From: the human T2T-CHM13v2.0 reference genome, Homo sapiens
Assembly (NCBI RefSeq): GCF_009914755.1
Contig: NC_060931.1
DNA length: 64,000 bases
Reading direction: 5' to 3' (one strand)
In this document: positions 13,826 to 25,727 of the stretch, in pieces
Layout: every line of letters starts with the position of its first letter
Numbering within the stretch: position 1 is the first letter of the stretch
Position numbers and translations under genes: made by a program
Notes under the pieces: model-generated
What the model was told of the DNA's origin: nothing
The model's input: only the letters and a program-made list of their open reading frames with translations
Databases searched by the model: none

Positions 13826-15367
13826 CTTAGTGGATGGTTACCCATGTTAGACAATCTAAAGAGAGATCAATAGCACATAAGATTAGGATCTGCATAAGGA
13901 TAAAAAAGGAACAAGACAGTAACCCAAGCATTTGCACTGTTAATAAAAGAGATGATATCTTTGTTCTTTTTATGCTGTTACTTCCTTTTAAAATCAATGC
14001 ATTTTCTTTCCTTGCTTTTTTGAGCCCCTATTCTCTCTTTCAACCCTCCCAGCATTGAGATTTTTCTGGCTCATTATGTCTTCATTTTCTAAAGTTTTTG
14101 AGCACTTTCCAATTCAATCTCCTAATATTGTATTAAATATTTTAGCATCATGTGACTAATAAATGAAAGTTGAGTATATAAACTGAACTGTGTTGTATTC
14201 AATGAAAGACATTTAAACATAAGACGACTGCTAAGAAGCACTCAGAAATTTAGATATGCCTAGAACTAGATATGTATAAATGGTGCATCTGTACTCAATG
14301 CATAAAAGAAATCTTAGTTCAAATTTTATCTGAAAATTATACTCAGTGCTATCTACCATGACTATATTTATACACACTTAGTATAGCCTATTGGGTTTTT
14401 AAATTAATTCTCTTTCAAGTTATGGACAGTATAAAATATTTGTGTACAGGCCTTACCCTTTTTCTCCCTTCCAGATTGTCTAAACTCTAATGTATACAAT
14501 TGTCTTTTCTGGGGGCCAGCCCAAATGGTCTCTTGAAGTTACTATGAACAAAATGATTGTACTTCAAAGCCTGCACTTTTGTTTCATCTTTTTGTGCTGC
14601 TTTTTATCAATTTCCAAAATAGTTAAAGCTTAAAGACGACAATACTTCAAACAAAAGCAATTATTTAAAAAAGATTACCAAATAATTGAAGCCAATCAGT
14701 GTTCACACATTTGGAACTTTTGGAACTTTTATCCTTTCCTACCAGACCTTGAAGTCCATCAGATTTTGCTGAGGCCTTTATATTAGTGAACATCTGGATC
14801 ATGTCATAGTTTGGTTTTATTTTTGCCTAACAGTTTCTTTGTGGATTTGCCTCCCACAACACATATGGTTTATTTCTTATGTTTATCCCTAGCTTGGCAG
14901 GGTTTTGAGGTGTCACGTCTCTTTTCATCTCTACTTTTTAAAGGGAATGATTTTGCATAAATTATCATCTTTTTAGGTGTGAATTATGGTAGTGGTCTTT
15001 TCATGTGTTCTTTAGAGACCATGAATAAATGCCTCTACTCACATTGTCTTCCTGTGAATTATATATTATTACAATACATAGAATTTTTTCAGCAATATAT
15101 ATTTTTTAAGTTTGATTTTATTTTTGAAAGTTCATCAGCACTTGCAATTGCTTAGACTGTGTCTCAAACCTTTTCATATATGAAAACACGCTTAATATCA
15201 TATAGTTTATTTCATTGAGTCTATATAAAAATAATCATTTTGTCTTCTGGAAGACATTTTATTAGGTAATGCATAGAAAACTGTCTCCTTTTCGAGCTGG
15301 AAAATGCTAACTTTGAAAACTGTATATTAAAAGAATTAAACAGGTGATTACTTAGTAAAAAATAATT

Positions 15368-15671
<304 letters not shown>

Positions 15672-16219
15672 CTAATTTACTCTAAAATGCATTCTTAGAG
15701 ATCATGATGGCAGACAGTAGCCCCAAAATTTGCAATGAAAAGTTAACATGGTTGGAAATTAAAAGTGCTGATATCTTAATGTAGTGTTTTTTTAGAGAAT
15801 AAAAAGTCAAACATCTGTTATCTTTGATTAGGAGTCATTTAGAATTTCTTTTGCAAATTTTTATGGGCAAAGGTAAGATGTAGAAAAGTGCTCACATGAA
15901 AGACATGGCCAAGGGAGATTATTGCTATTTTGTACAACTACTACTTTAAAATGGGAAGCAAGAGAAATTAATGACAGAAAGTAGAGGGCTAAAGATCTAC
16001 AGAAGGTGGTAATAGATATAATCAAAAACATTTTATTTGGAAATGAGAAAGAACATCATGTTCTCATCATTATCAGGACGGAAATCAAGAAAAGTGAGTA
16101 AATAATTAGTGTTAGCAGTAAACATTATATGTCAATGTTAACTATTACCCCAATTCTGTGAATACGTTTTCTATCATTTATCTCATATAGATGGAAGAAC
16201 TGATATATTAAAATCTTAT

Positions 16220-16335
16220 ACAGGGGAGAACTGAGGCCCAGAGAAGTAGAAATAAATCAATACTCAAAGACACCACTAAGTACATGGGTATAGCAGGTAT
16301 TCAACCCAGGTTTGCAGGTCTCCAAAACCTGTTTT
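16220..16335 (-). mobile_element. MIR fragment
   Basis: gaactgaggcccagagaagt...attcaacccagg core. Confidence 0.6.
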
Positions 16336-16574
16336 TAACTGTGCTGCTGATTTCCTATTTGATTGTCTCTCCTCTCTTAGTGAAAGAGATGTTCCCTTAT
16401 TTCTAGGTCAACTCATTCACCATTCTCTTCTTCATTTTCTAAGAGTCTTTGACATCCTTTTTCTCTATTTCCATACAGCATGGCATCTTAAATTATATTT
16501 ACATTAACTAGTTATCTTTCTGGAAACACAGGTAATCGTAAATCATACTTGAATTAGAACTTTATGTCTATCGC

Positions 16575-16745
16575 TTTTGATCATGTGAATTGAGCAGTTA
16601 GTTATTCAACCACTCTGTACTTCAGTTTCTTTATTGATATAATAAGGATAAAATAGGATTTTTTGAGTTGTTTTAATAATTAAAGTAATACAAATAAAGC
16701 ACTTGATAAAGAAAACAGTATGTTGTAAACACTTGATATTACTAT
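16575..16745 (+). mobile_element. MIR fragment
   Basis: aaccactctgtacttcagtttc...gttgttttaataattaaa...taaagcactt. Confidence 0.55.
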
Positions 16746-18110
16746 CATTACTAATATGACTACTACGACTATTACTATATCCATTGTATGACACATCATG
16801 TTAAATGTTGTGTTTCCTGCTCTTCAATAGATTGTGAGTTTCTCAAAGTCAAAGGCTAATTCTCACTCACCATAGAAAACTCAAGTACAGTATGTTGTGC
16901 CAGATCCTCAGGCTGTGTGTCCTACTTCATATGAAAAGGCCCACGTGATATCATAAAAATATTTAGACTATAATATCTAAAAACACAATTAATATAAAAA
17001 TACGTAGTGAATATAATATCTAAAAACACAATGAATATAAAAAATGTAACGTTACTAGCACCAGGCAGTAACTTTAGCAGTTTAGGATGTATTAATGCTT
17101 CCATACGTCTGCTTATGTTTTTATTTAATATTATATTATTGAATTAAAATTAATACAGTGCAGTGTATTACAAAGAGTTTCTGCTTTGGGCTTATTGATA
17201 TACATTTTATAAATTATATAAATATTTCCTTCTAGAAGTTCAAGAATATTACTTCTCAATAATGAATATAGAGCTTCCTGATATGACATAATTTTTAGAA
17301 ACATTGTCTCAGGACCAAGAGGAGATCAGAAGAAGAAGACCAGTATGGTCACAGTTGCAAATTACATTCCAATCTTCACTGAGGGGAAGAGGACATGCTA
17401 CCTTTTGAATGATAAGTGATTTTGCCATCTAGAGTACTTGTTGATTTTTTGTTTGTTTGTTTTTGTTTTGGATTCTAGAGGGGTCAGGAAGTTAAAGAAG
17501 AAACCCAAACAATGTAATGTTTCTAAAGTTAATGACTAATGACTACATAATTGTTTTGATCAAAATAGAATAATCCTGGGATAAGTATTCTCTTATGTTT
17601 TGAGTAAATATTTAAAGAATTCAATAAACTCCTTGACAGTATTCTTTTCCATATGGATAACAGATTATTTTTGTGATGCTAATATTCATTGGGTAATAAT
17701 TCAAACCACTTCTGAAGGCAAATACAATAAAAATAATTTCAACAGGCATGCTATTAGGGTCAAAAGTTCTGCAAGGAAGAAAATGAGCAATGATTCTGAA
17801 ATTGGTAGATGGCAACAATGCAAATTGGATACTTAGCTAGACCATTATTCATCAGTATCTAAATTTAAATGGAATATATTGAATGGCATACACAGACCCA
17901 GACTTAAACTGAGTTTTTCACATTTATCAGCAATTTAAAATACTGCATGAGTAAAATACAAATATTTGAGGGCTAATAAAACTGTCAATCTTTTTTGAAG
18001 GATGAAAAGCCCTAAAAATTGTGGTGTATTTAAAAAATTCCTGATGTGGCTGTTTGATTTTAGATGAAAACTTTGTCTAAAAATGTTTAAGCTTCTCTGG
18101 AATTAGTTAT

Positions 18111-18180
18111 CAACAAAACAAACAAAACATTAAGAACTGAGCTACACAAATGACATGGATATTTTACAAATGTATTTACT
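18111..18180 (-). terminator. Candidate distal poly(A) site
   Basis: Minus strand AGTAAA (18180-18175), CA at 18157-18156, then TGTCATTTGTGT and TGTTTTGTTTGTTTTGTTG (18129-18111). Confidence 0.65.
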
Positions 18181-19219
18181 TGAGATCTAATGCTTCAGTG
18201 AGATTTACAAAGAGAGAAGACGGAAGTTGAGCCTTCACATTACCTGAATTGTGATGACATGAACACATCTATAAAAACTTTTGCTTAGGTCCTATATAAA
18301 TAAACATTGTATATACAAGTATAGTGTTTAGATTAAAAGAAAGAAAATCCATTCTTTTGTTATATGAGAAAAACATGACAGATTAATACAACGGTGGTGC
18401 GGGGTTGACATATTCAAGATGAAGGTGGGTCTCATTTTTTAAAAAACTTTTTTGGTTTGTTTGTTTAAAATAATAGGAGTCTGCCTATCAACTACATGTG
18501 CTGACCACACCTGCAGCATTGCTTGGCCATGAATTACTCCATCTAAGGTATGCCTTGAACAAATGCAGACTTCACATTTTAATGCTATCTTTGCTGAAGT
18601 CTTGTTTGTGAGCCACCTTGCTTTTTAGCAAGGCAATGTTGGAACTCATTGCTGAGTAGTCTAATGCTAGCTGAGTGAGGTAAGGCTGTAGGTAGGTGAA
18701 ATGTAACAGAAACTTTCGTTTGAACTGAGAGCATAGGGGAGTGTCTGATGAAGTTAGCTTCCTCTAAATATTTATTTGTAGAATTCAGAGTTTCAGCTGA
18801 CCTGTGCTGGTTTGAACTAGAGGAGAGATTATGAAATACAGATGAGTTTGAAGACGGTTGTGGGAACACTGTCTAGTGCTATGACTTTAGCTGAGTAAAG
18901 ATAAATGAGGTGAACATTAAGAAGGAAGGTAAAGAGATTGTGGGGTGGAAGTGTAGGAGGCTGAATGTGTGACATATGACAGTCTGTGCCAAGGATGCGA
19001 ATGTGGGGTACAAACAGAGGGCAATAAATCAAAACCCAGGAAAAAGCAAATGCACCATTTTGACTCATAGTAGTGGGACATTTAACTTTTCTTTATGAAA
19101 CCTGTGTTTTATCTGTTTGAATGCTTGTTCTCAGAAAAAGGACTTTTTTTCACACCTCTCCTCCTTTCTCCTTATTTCTTCTACTCAGATTGCCATTTTG
19201 TTTCTTCATCTAGGCATAT

Positions 19220-19785
19220 CTGACTGATTCACAGCTGGAAAGTCACTTATTCTCTGAAGCACCCCATGATCTCTCTCCACAAGTTAATTCCTCCTTTTTT
19301 TTTTCTTTGATCCATACCGCTCTTATTGTGAGCTTGTATTTGGCAATTGTCATATCGTAACTTGGTTCTTTTCAACAGTGATTTATTGGGCTCCCTCTTT
19401 GTGCCAGGCATCATGCTAGACACTGGGGACAGAGATCAATTAGATACAAATCCTGCCCTCAAGGAGCTCACAGTCTAGAAATGGAGATGGAAACATAAAC
19501 AAATAAATCACACATTGGGGTAGTGTGACAATAAAAGGTATATACAAGGCACAGGTTTAGCATAGAGAAGGTCCCTAGCTTGAACTAGGGATGGGAGGAT
19601 TAGGAAAGACTTGCTGGATTAGATGATGATAAGTCATCTCGCTCTGTTTCCTTAATTTCATTGTGAGCTCTTTGAGAACAAGGGTTATGTCTTATTCACT
19701 TTAGTGTCCTCATCACCTAACATAATACCTAGCACATTGTAGATAGTCCAGATCTATCAGTGGAATTTACTTGAACATGTAGGAA
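19220..19785. mobile_element. L2 relics: a minus-oriented piece (about 19370-19625) nested within plus-oriented pieces
   Basis: atttattgggctcc...gtgccaggca...cctgccctcaaggagctcacagtctag, and ttgtgagctctttgagaacaaggg...cctagcacattgtagat. Confidence 0.65.
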
Positions 19786-20974
19786 GCTGGTTCTAAAAGG
19801 CAAAGTGTCTAGAGGCCCAGTTTTTTAATATTCAAAATCTTCTTTTTGTTTGGTTTGGTTCCAGCTTTGCCTCTGCCTGTGTGTGCCTGCATGTTTGAAA
19901 TGATAACAAAGCTGTTTTCCTTGGTTACGTTGATTGCGAAACTGTCCTTACTATATGGGCTGTCACATATGCTGATTTTATTCTCTCTTTCATTTAGATA
20001 TTTTCTTAATTTATTAACTTGAAAAATTATGTTCATTTAATTAACTAGTTTAAGAAAATTTTTAGAGATCAAACAAACTAATGAGATTTTACAGATTTTT
20101 GAAAAATAATGTTTTCTTCTTTATGGAAACATGTATTTGCAAACATTAACATTGACTTCAAATAATTATTACAAATCAAGTTAAAAGTATAGATGTCCTT
20201 GGTGTTAGACCAGTTTAACATGTTATTACACGATACGGGGGTGTTGAATCCTATTTAAGTCTGTCTTTGAAACCATGAAACCTGATACAGTTTCATTAAA
20301 TTGAATGGAAATTGTGTTTTAAAATGAGCTAATAAAACAAAGATTTTAACATATTATACTAGTGGCTCCATATTAATAAAATGCTTGTCTGTGACCTTTA
20401 AGATAAGCAATTTCAATAACAGTCATCTGACATCTTTGTGGATCCTGAATAAAACCAAACTGATTATGAAAATGACACATTATAAAAATTTATCCCTACA
20501 TTTCCTTTTTAGGTATGACATTAAAAAGAACAATACTTAATTTAAAGGGCATAAAAATTCACATCATCACCATAAATATAGAACCCAGTTTACAGATGAC
20601 TACAATGAAGAAATCTGTTAGCTAATTATGTAGCAACCTGACTCTGGTTCTCAACATTTTATGAGCTTATGTTCCTTAACACCATATGTTATAGGGAACA
20701 GTAAAGACATCTGAATTCAAATATTTTGAAGAAATGTGTATTTAGCAAGTGAATACATGCTAAAAGGAATAATTTACAGCAGCAGTTTCATTACATTTTT
20801 CTCTCCAGTTTTTCTAGTTCCCATCTGAAATGCAATGATAAGTAAAGATATGGAACATATTTCCTACCTGGCAAAAAACATGCTTATTGAACGGGCACGC
20901 ACCTTCCGCCCTTAAATAGTACATAAACCACCTTGTCACCTGCGTGGGAAAATCTTGCCTTTTAGGATGATGTT

Positions 20975-21051
20975 GAACACATTGAAATGGAGTACTTATA
21001 GAAAGTTTTATTTTACACTGTTCTTCCTCTTTTTCTCCCAAATTATTTACA
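20975..21051 (-). terminator. Candidate intermediate poly(A) site
   Basis: Minus strand AATAAA at 21012-21007 directly preceded by TGTA. TGTAAATA at 21051-21044 and a short GU element (TGTGTT) downstream. Confidence 0.55.
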
Positions 21052-23639
21052 TCTTTTTTTTGCCTAATGTGTAGGTAGCAAAAATATTAAACACATACCA
21101 CTGCAAATTACTAAATAATACATAAAATGAAGTGTGCATTTACATGCATTTACATTTTACATTTGATATCAACTGGGCCATAATGTCTCTGCTGTGATGC
21201 ATCTTTTTCATACTTTAAGACTGCTGTTGTAATTTTCGTAAGGTCACATGAGTCTCTCAAACAGTTTCATCTCTGATGATTCATGCATATGACAAAGTCT
21301 ATTTAAAGCTGAATTATTAAATGGGCCAATAATTCTTTTTCGTGCAAACTGCCCCCTCTCAATACACATGGGCAGAGATTATGACTGTAATGAGTTATCT
21401 GCAAGTTATATCTACAATTTTCTTTGAAAACTTAGACCTGATGGTATATAAAGACATGCCTGTAGATTTGTTTGTTTGTGTAACTTTTAATTGAAGTCGA
21501 GACTTTTTTCTATTGTCATTTCATAACACTAAACAAAATGCATTCAAATTCTGAAAGTCTTCTATAAATTTATCATATAATCTCTATCCCTTCAAATCCT
21601 TTATTTCTGAGGATGAATAATAAGATATTTCTGCTATCGCAAATAAATTTATTTCAGCTGCAAATTTAGAATGAAACACAACACTGAATGTTAGTACAGT
21701 TTAGATACTTTATGAAAATAAAAGAATGACCTATTTTTTGGAGCACTCTTTGTTCTTCGATTTATATTTGAAACACTACTTTCTGTACAGTGGTGTGTCC
21801 TTCAAATAATTTAACAATTTGGCTTCCATGTGAGGATATACAGTACTTCCAAAAGCAACACCATATTAGTCAATGGAGCCTAAAATTGAATGTAGATTAT
21901 TTTTAGGCTTTTGTTTGAAACAAGTGGCAACAACTTGTTTATTCAAGGCAGTCATTAAAACTGAAACATGAGCTTCCATCTGTGAAATATTTCAGCTGAT
22001 AGGAAATAAAAATTCACTGTAGTCTGAGGTGAGAAATTGATGCTGAGTTAATTAGAATCCAAAGACAGCTAGAGTTAGAATTTCAATGTTGCTTCATTAA
22101 TTACTAATAAGATGTTTTCTTTGCATTTTTGTGCATGATGAGGAACCTGGGGGAGGAGTCCTGAATAGGTGAGTGCAGTGCAAAAGAAACCACAGTATAA
22201 TGCTGAAAGTTTTAAATATCTCAAAGTCAGTGATTCTCAACGAATCGTCTTAGGACAATGAAGGAAGCAAATCTTGAATTTTAGTCTTTTACCTTATTTT
22301 GTAAGTTGTTGCAGGAAACAAAGAATTTTACATTGTTTAAATGTGGGTTGCATCCTGGAAAATACTTTGTAGAAAAGTCCCTCCCATTGATATGAAAAGA
22401 GTCATGTGTTTCTTGTACAAATAATTGTCTTAAATAAGGAAAGGTAAGAGGCACCTGATACAGATGTAAATGATTGGAAACTTTGCCTTTAACATGTTGC
22501 TCTGAATAGTTATTGATCTCTCTCTTTTAAAAAAATTAAGTGACACAGATATAATTCTTGGTAGAATCATAAGAGAGATCTTAGTCTCAAATATCATGCA
22601 GGGATTCAAGCACAGAATTAAGACACATTTTCTATTAACAGTATATTAAGACAATGCTTATTATTTTCATGAAATATGCAGTTCCTTTTCCCTTCATTGA
22701 TTCATTATAGTAAAATGCACTTAAAAATCAACTTGTTTCTTCCTTTTTTCCTGCTTAAATGTTCTGTTTTTTTTTCTAAGAACATTATGCAAGTAAAAAT
22801 TAATTTAGATAATGCTTAAAGAAGGGGAGGTGTGAACAGCTTCCATTTGTTTGATTTTCTCAGAGAAATAAAGCATAATTTATATCCTGGTTTTAGAGAT
22901 TCACTCTTAATGATGTATATGTGTTTCTAGAACAATGTCATCTATCCCTCTTATAGAATTGAAAATAAAATGTCCAAAGAAAGCAGCACACCATTGGAAT
23001 TTTTAAAACAAAAACTACATAGCACAATAATTGTAAGACAAATCCTACTCTAGCTTAGAAAACAACTAATTTTTACTGCATATTTTTCATGGTACATTTA
23101 AATTATAGTTTTAATAAAATACATCTTTAGATCAAAGCTGAAAGAAGACATCAGTAGTAGATCAGTGTATTCCATTTTTCTTCTGGATGATGGATGGCTT
23201 ATGTTTTTTTTTTTTTTTTAATATTTCCACAGAACATTTCATTCAGTATCATTTTACTCATTTTACTCCTCAAGTACATACAAACATGAGGGCCGGTAGA
23301 CAAAATATATCCTTGAATCCAACCACGTTTTGGAATATTCATCAGCTTAGTAAATCCATGCAGTTCATTTTAAACTTTTAGTTCAATACAATGGCTTTGC
23401 TGATGCAGTTTTTCTCCTTTAGATGGCAATATGGCAAATGACATTTTTATTTCTCAGGCAAAGAAGAAAGACAAACCTGTACAGTGAAATCTCATAGGAA
23501 ACATTAAGTCTGCTAAAGTGAACATCTGCATTCACCTGTGTTCTCTGTTAGGTGGTGGTATTAGGAAAAAAAGCCTATTAGGAAAGTTACTCATGGATTT
23601 AATTTATAATTGGTGGAACTCAGCTGAATTTCCCACCAT

Positions 23640-23650
23640 TGTAAACATCC
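23640..23650 (-). promoter_or_regulatory. miR-30 family target site (8mer with pairing extended to nt 11)
   Basis: mRNA reads GGATGTTTACA, the exact complement of miR-30 nt 1-11 (UGUAAACAUCC), about 100 nt after the stop. Confidence 0.8.
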
Positions 23651-23692
23651 ACATAATGCCATGAAAAAAGTTCATGTATATTGCATTTGTTT

Positions 23693-23700
23693 TTCCAGTT
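23693..23700 (-). promoter_or_regulatory. miR-145-5p 8mer site
   Basis: mRNA AACTGGAA about 50 nt after the stop. A second 7mer-m8 (AACTGGA) lies at 20804-20810. Confidence 0.65.
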
Positions 23701-23750
23701 ATTGTCTAGGCAAGTTTCTACTTGTTTGAGGTTTCTAGAGGTAATGCAGC

Positions 23751-24206
23751 TCAGACACTCCTGGGTGCCCTCTCAAATTCGTGGGTCCTCCTGTTTCTAC
23801 CTTTCTTATTTTCTTGTAAGTGCTTCCATTTGTTACTGTTCCCTGGGGTATGTCCTGGCCTTTGCCGACGTTGTTTTCGGTCCCTTTTCCAAACTTGTTC
23901 ACAGAACTCATCCATCGTGTTGAGATTGGGGTGGTTGATGAGCTGCATGAAGTCTCTGTACCAGACCTTCTGGCTAGGTGTCATGCTATTGGACATTTCT
24001 TTGGTCTTAGAGCCATCTCCATCATCATCTTTATGAAGAAGTTCTTCCAAATGCTCTGTGTCAATGACTTCCAGGGTTACCTTAAGAAGAGTTTGTATGA
24101 ACCCATGTTCCACCGCATGGCAGAGGTAATTGCCTGAATCCTTCTGTTGTAGACTACGTAGCAGAAGGCCTTGATCTGTCCTGATGATATGATCATCCAC
24201 TCTGAT
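23751..24206 (-). CDS. SEMA3A: SEMA3A terminal coding exon (exon 17), IRVDDHII...RNRRTHEFERAPRSV*; second half of Ig domain, dimerisation Cys and basic tail
   Basis: ORF track 23751..24200 extends to acceptor ttttttaacctgctag|ATC AGA GTG. TGA stop at 23751-23753. Recognised SEMA3A C-terminus. Confidence 0.98.
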   Translation of the reverse strand: MRVDDHIIRTDQGLLLRSLQQKDSGNYLCHAVEHGFIQTLLKVTLEVIDTEHLEELLHKDDDGDGSKTKEMSNSMTPSQKVWYRDFMQLINHPNLNTMDEFCEQVWKRDRKQRRQRPGHTPGNSNKWKHLQENKKGRNRRTHEFERAPRSV

Positions 24207-25584
24207 CTAGCAGGTTAAAAAAAAGGCAGTGTAAAATATACATATTTAAAAGAAATAGAAGCTCTGAAACTCCGTGTCTGTAAAACTTTAGATTATGTGT
24301 TGAGGCACATTTTAACAGTTAATAAAAATTTTTAATTTAAGAGAAGTGATAGCATTTTCCCATTAGGAGAATTATAATATCTGTCAATTGTTTTTAAGAT
24401 GTATTGGAAAGTATTGGTTATATTACTGTTTTAATAGAATTTCTTATAATAATTTAAAATATTCAAGGTAACTGGAGGAAAGAGCAAAGATACTTTATAC
24501 ATTTGAAAGTAGGTATATAAATATAGGATAAAGTTAACATTAAATATTGAAATTAGAACTACAGAACCATGATACTAGAAAGATACGGGGCATTAGAATG
24601 AATTTATAATAAGATTTCCAAAAATTAAATTTTAAAAAAATAGAAGTTGAACAAGCAGAACATTTCATGCTTACTAATTATTTATTTCATTTAGTTGGTC
24701 TTGAATGGGAATATATATGAGACCATATTTTTGAATATTTGTAACCTCACTTTTATTTTGAATACAGTTTACAATAGAGGTCTCAAAAAGCCTCACCTGG
24801 TAATGCATGAAATCAATCTTGCATTTTATGATGGGATTATATAGTTTTAAGACTGATTAAAATGTCAAAAGATAATGGAAGAGTTTTTACCTTTAACATC
24901 ATATTATGTTTGTAAAATCGTCTGCATATAATACATTTTATTAATCAACTCAATAATCTGTTTATGCTTATTTAAGGCTGTTAAAAAGTTTTAAAGGCTC
25001 GTAGTGCTCACTAAGATTTTCTGTATACAATTCTTTACTCTTATGGAATTATAAATGGATCAAATGAGCAGGGAGATCTGCCTCATCCTGCATCAATAGT
25101 TGATATCAGAGCTTATAGTGCAGCCTTAAATCCATCACCCTACATCTACTACTATCTTTTCCCAACCTCCCTTCCCCATTTAAGGAGGAAGGTAATGGAT
25201 AAAGAAAAACAGATTTTGATAATATAATTAATTGAACAAAATTTAAAATTAGTAGGAGGTTTTTTTTTATTTGTGCACAAATATAAATAACACAATTTCT
25301 TTGTAGATAAACACAGTAAGAAATAAGGGGAGTCTAATATGTATCCCCAAACTGCTTCTGGGGCAGAAACTCTTACCAGGTTACCTTTGTTTCTCTAATT
25401 CATAGTACAAAGTCTGTCACGTCATCAGTCTGCACTAAACACTTGTTCAATGAATGAGCGATTGATTGGTTCAGAAGAGGATAAGCATTCTCAGTGCTTT
25501 TTCTTTCCTCAAGTGAAAAATACAAGGATTACATTTAACAGTGTATCTTAGATATAAATGATCCAGTCAGTTTCATTCCTGTAC

Positions 25585-25727
25585 CTCTTCTTTTCGCTCT
25601 TCATTTCGCCTCTGGAATTGCCAATAGACCAGCGCTCTCTGCGACTTCGGACTGCATTCCAAAAATGTGCTACTATTCTCTACACCATAGATGATTCTCT
25701 CTTCAGGGCTGTGGCCATGGTGATTAT
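25585..25727 (-). CDS. SEMA3A: SEMA3A coding exon (exon 16), 143 nt, (D)NHHGHSPEERIIYGVENSSTFLECSPKSQRALVYWQFQRRNEERKEE; first half of Ig domain
   Basis: Branch-like ctctaat upstream, acceptor ggccag|AT AAT, donor GAA GAG|gtacag. Contains the Ig Cys and Trp residues. Confidence 0.97.

Larger units (their letters stand above)
18156..23750 (-). other. SEMA3A: SEMA3A 3'UTR (long form, about 5.6 kb; shorter forms likely)
   Basis: Follows the stop codon. AU-rich and Alu-free, with miRNA seeds and PUM elements. The distal end is inferred from AGTAAA plus CA plus a GU-rich element. Confidence 0.7.

Noticed and set aside
23640-23700. A miR-30 gene on the + strand
   Set aside because: Identity stops after 11 nt and no hairpin partner is evident; it is a target site on the opposite strand.
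23681-24137. Plus-strand ORFs of 80-105 aa
   Set aside because: Antisense shadows of the SEMA3A last exon, with non-ATG starts.
23751-24200. Standalone 149-aa gene starting at 24200
   Set aside because: The apparent start is a GTG valine codon two codons after a splice acceptor; this is the terminal exon.
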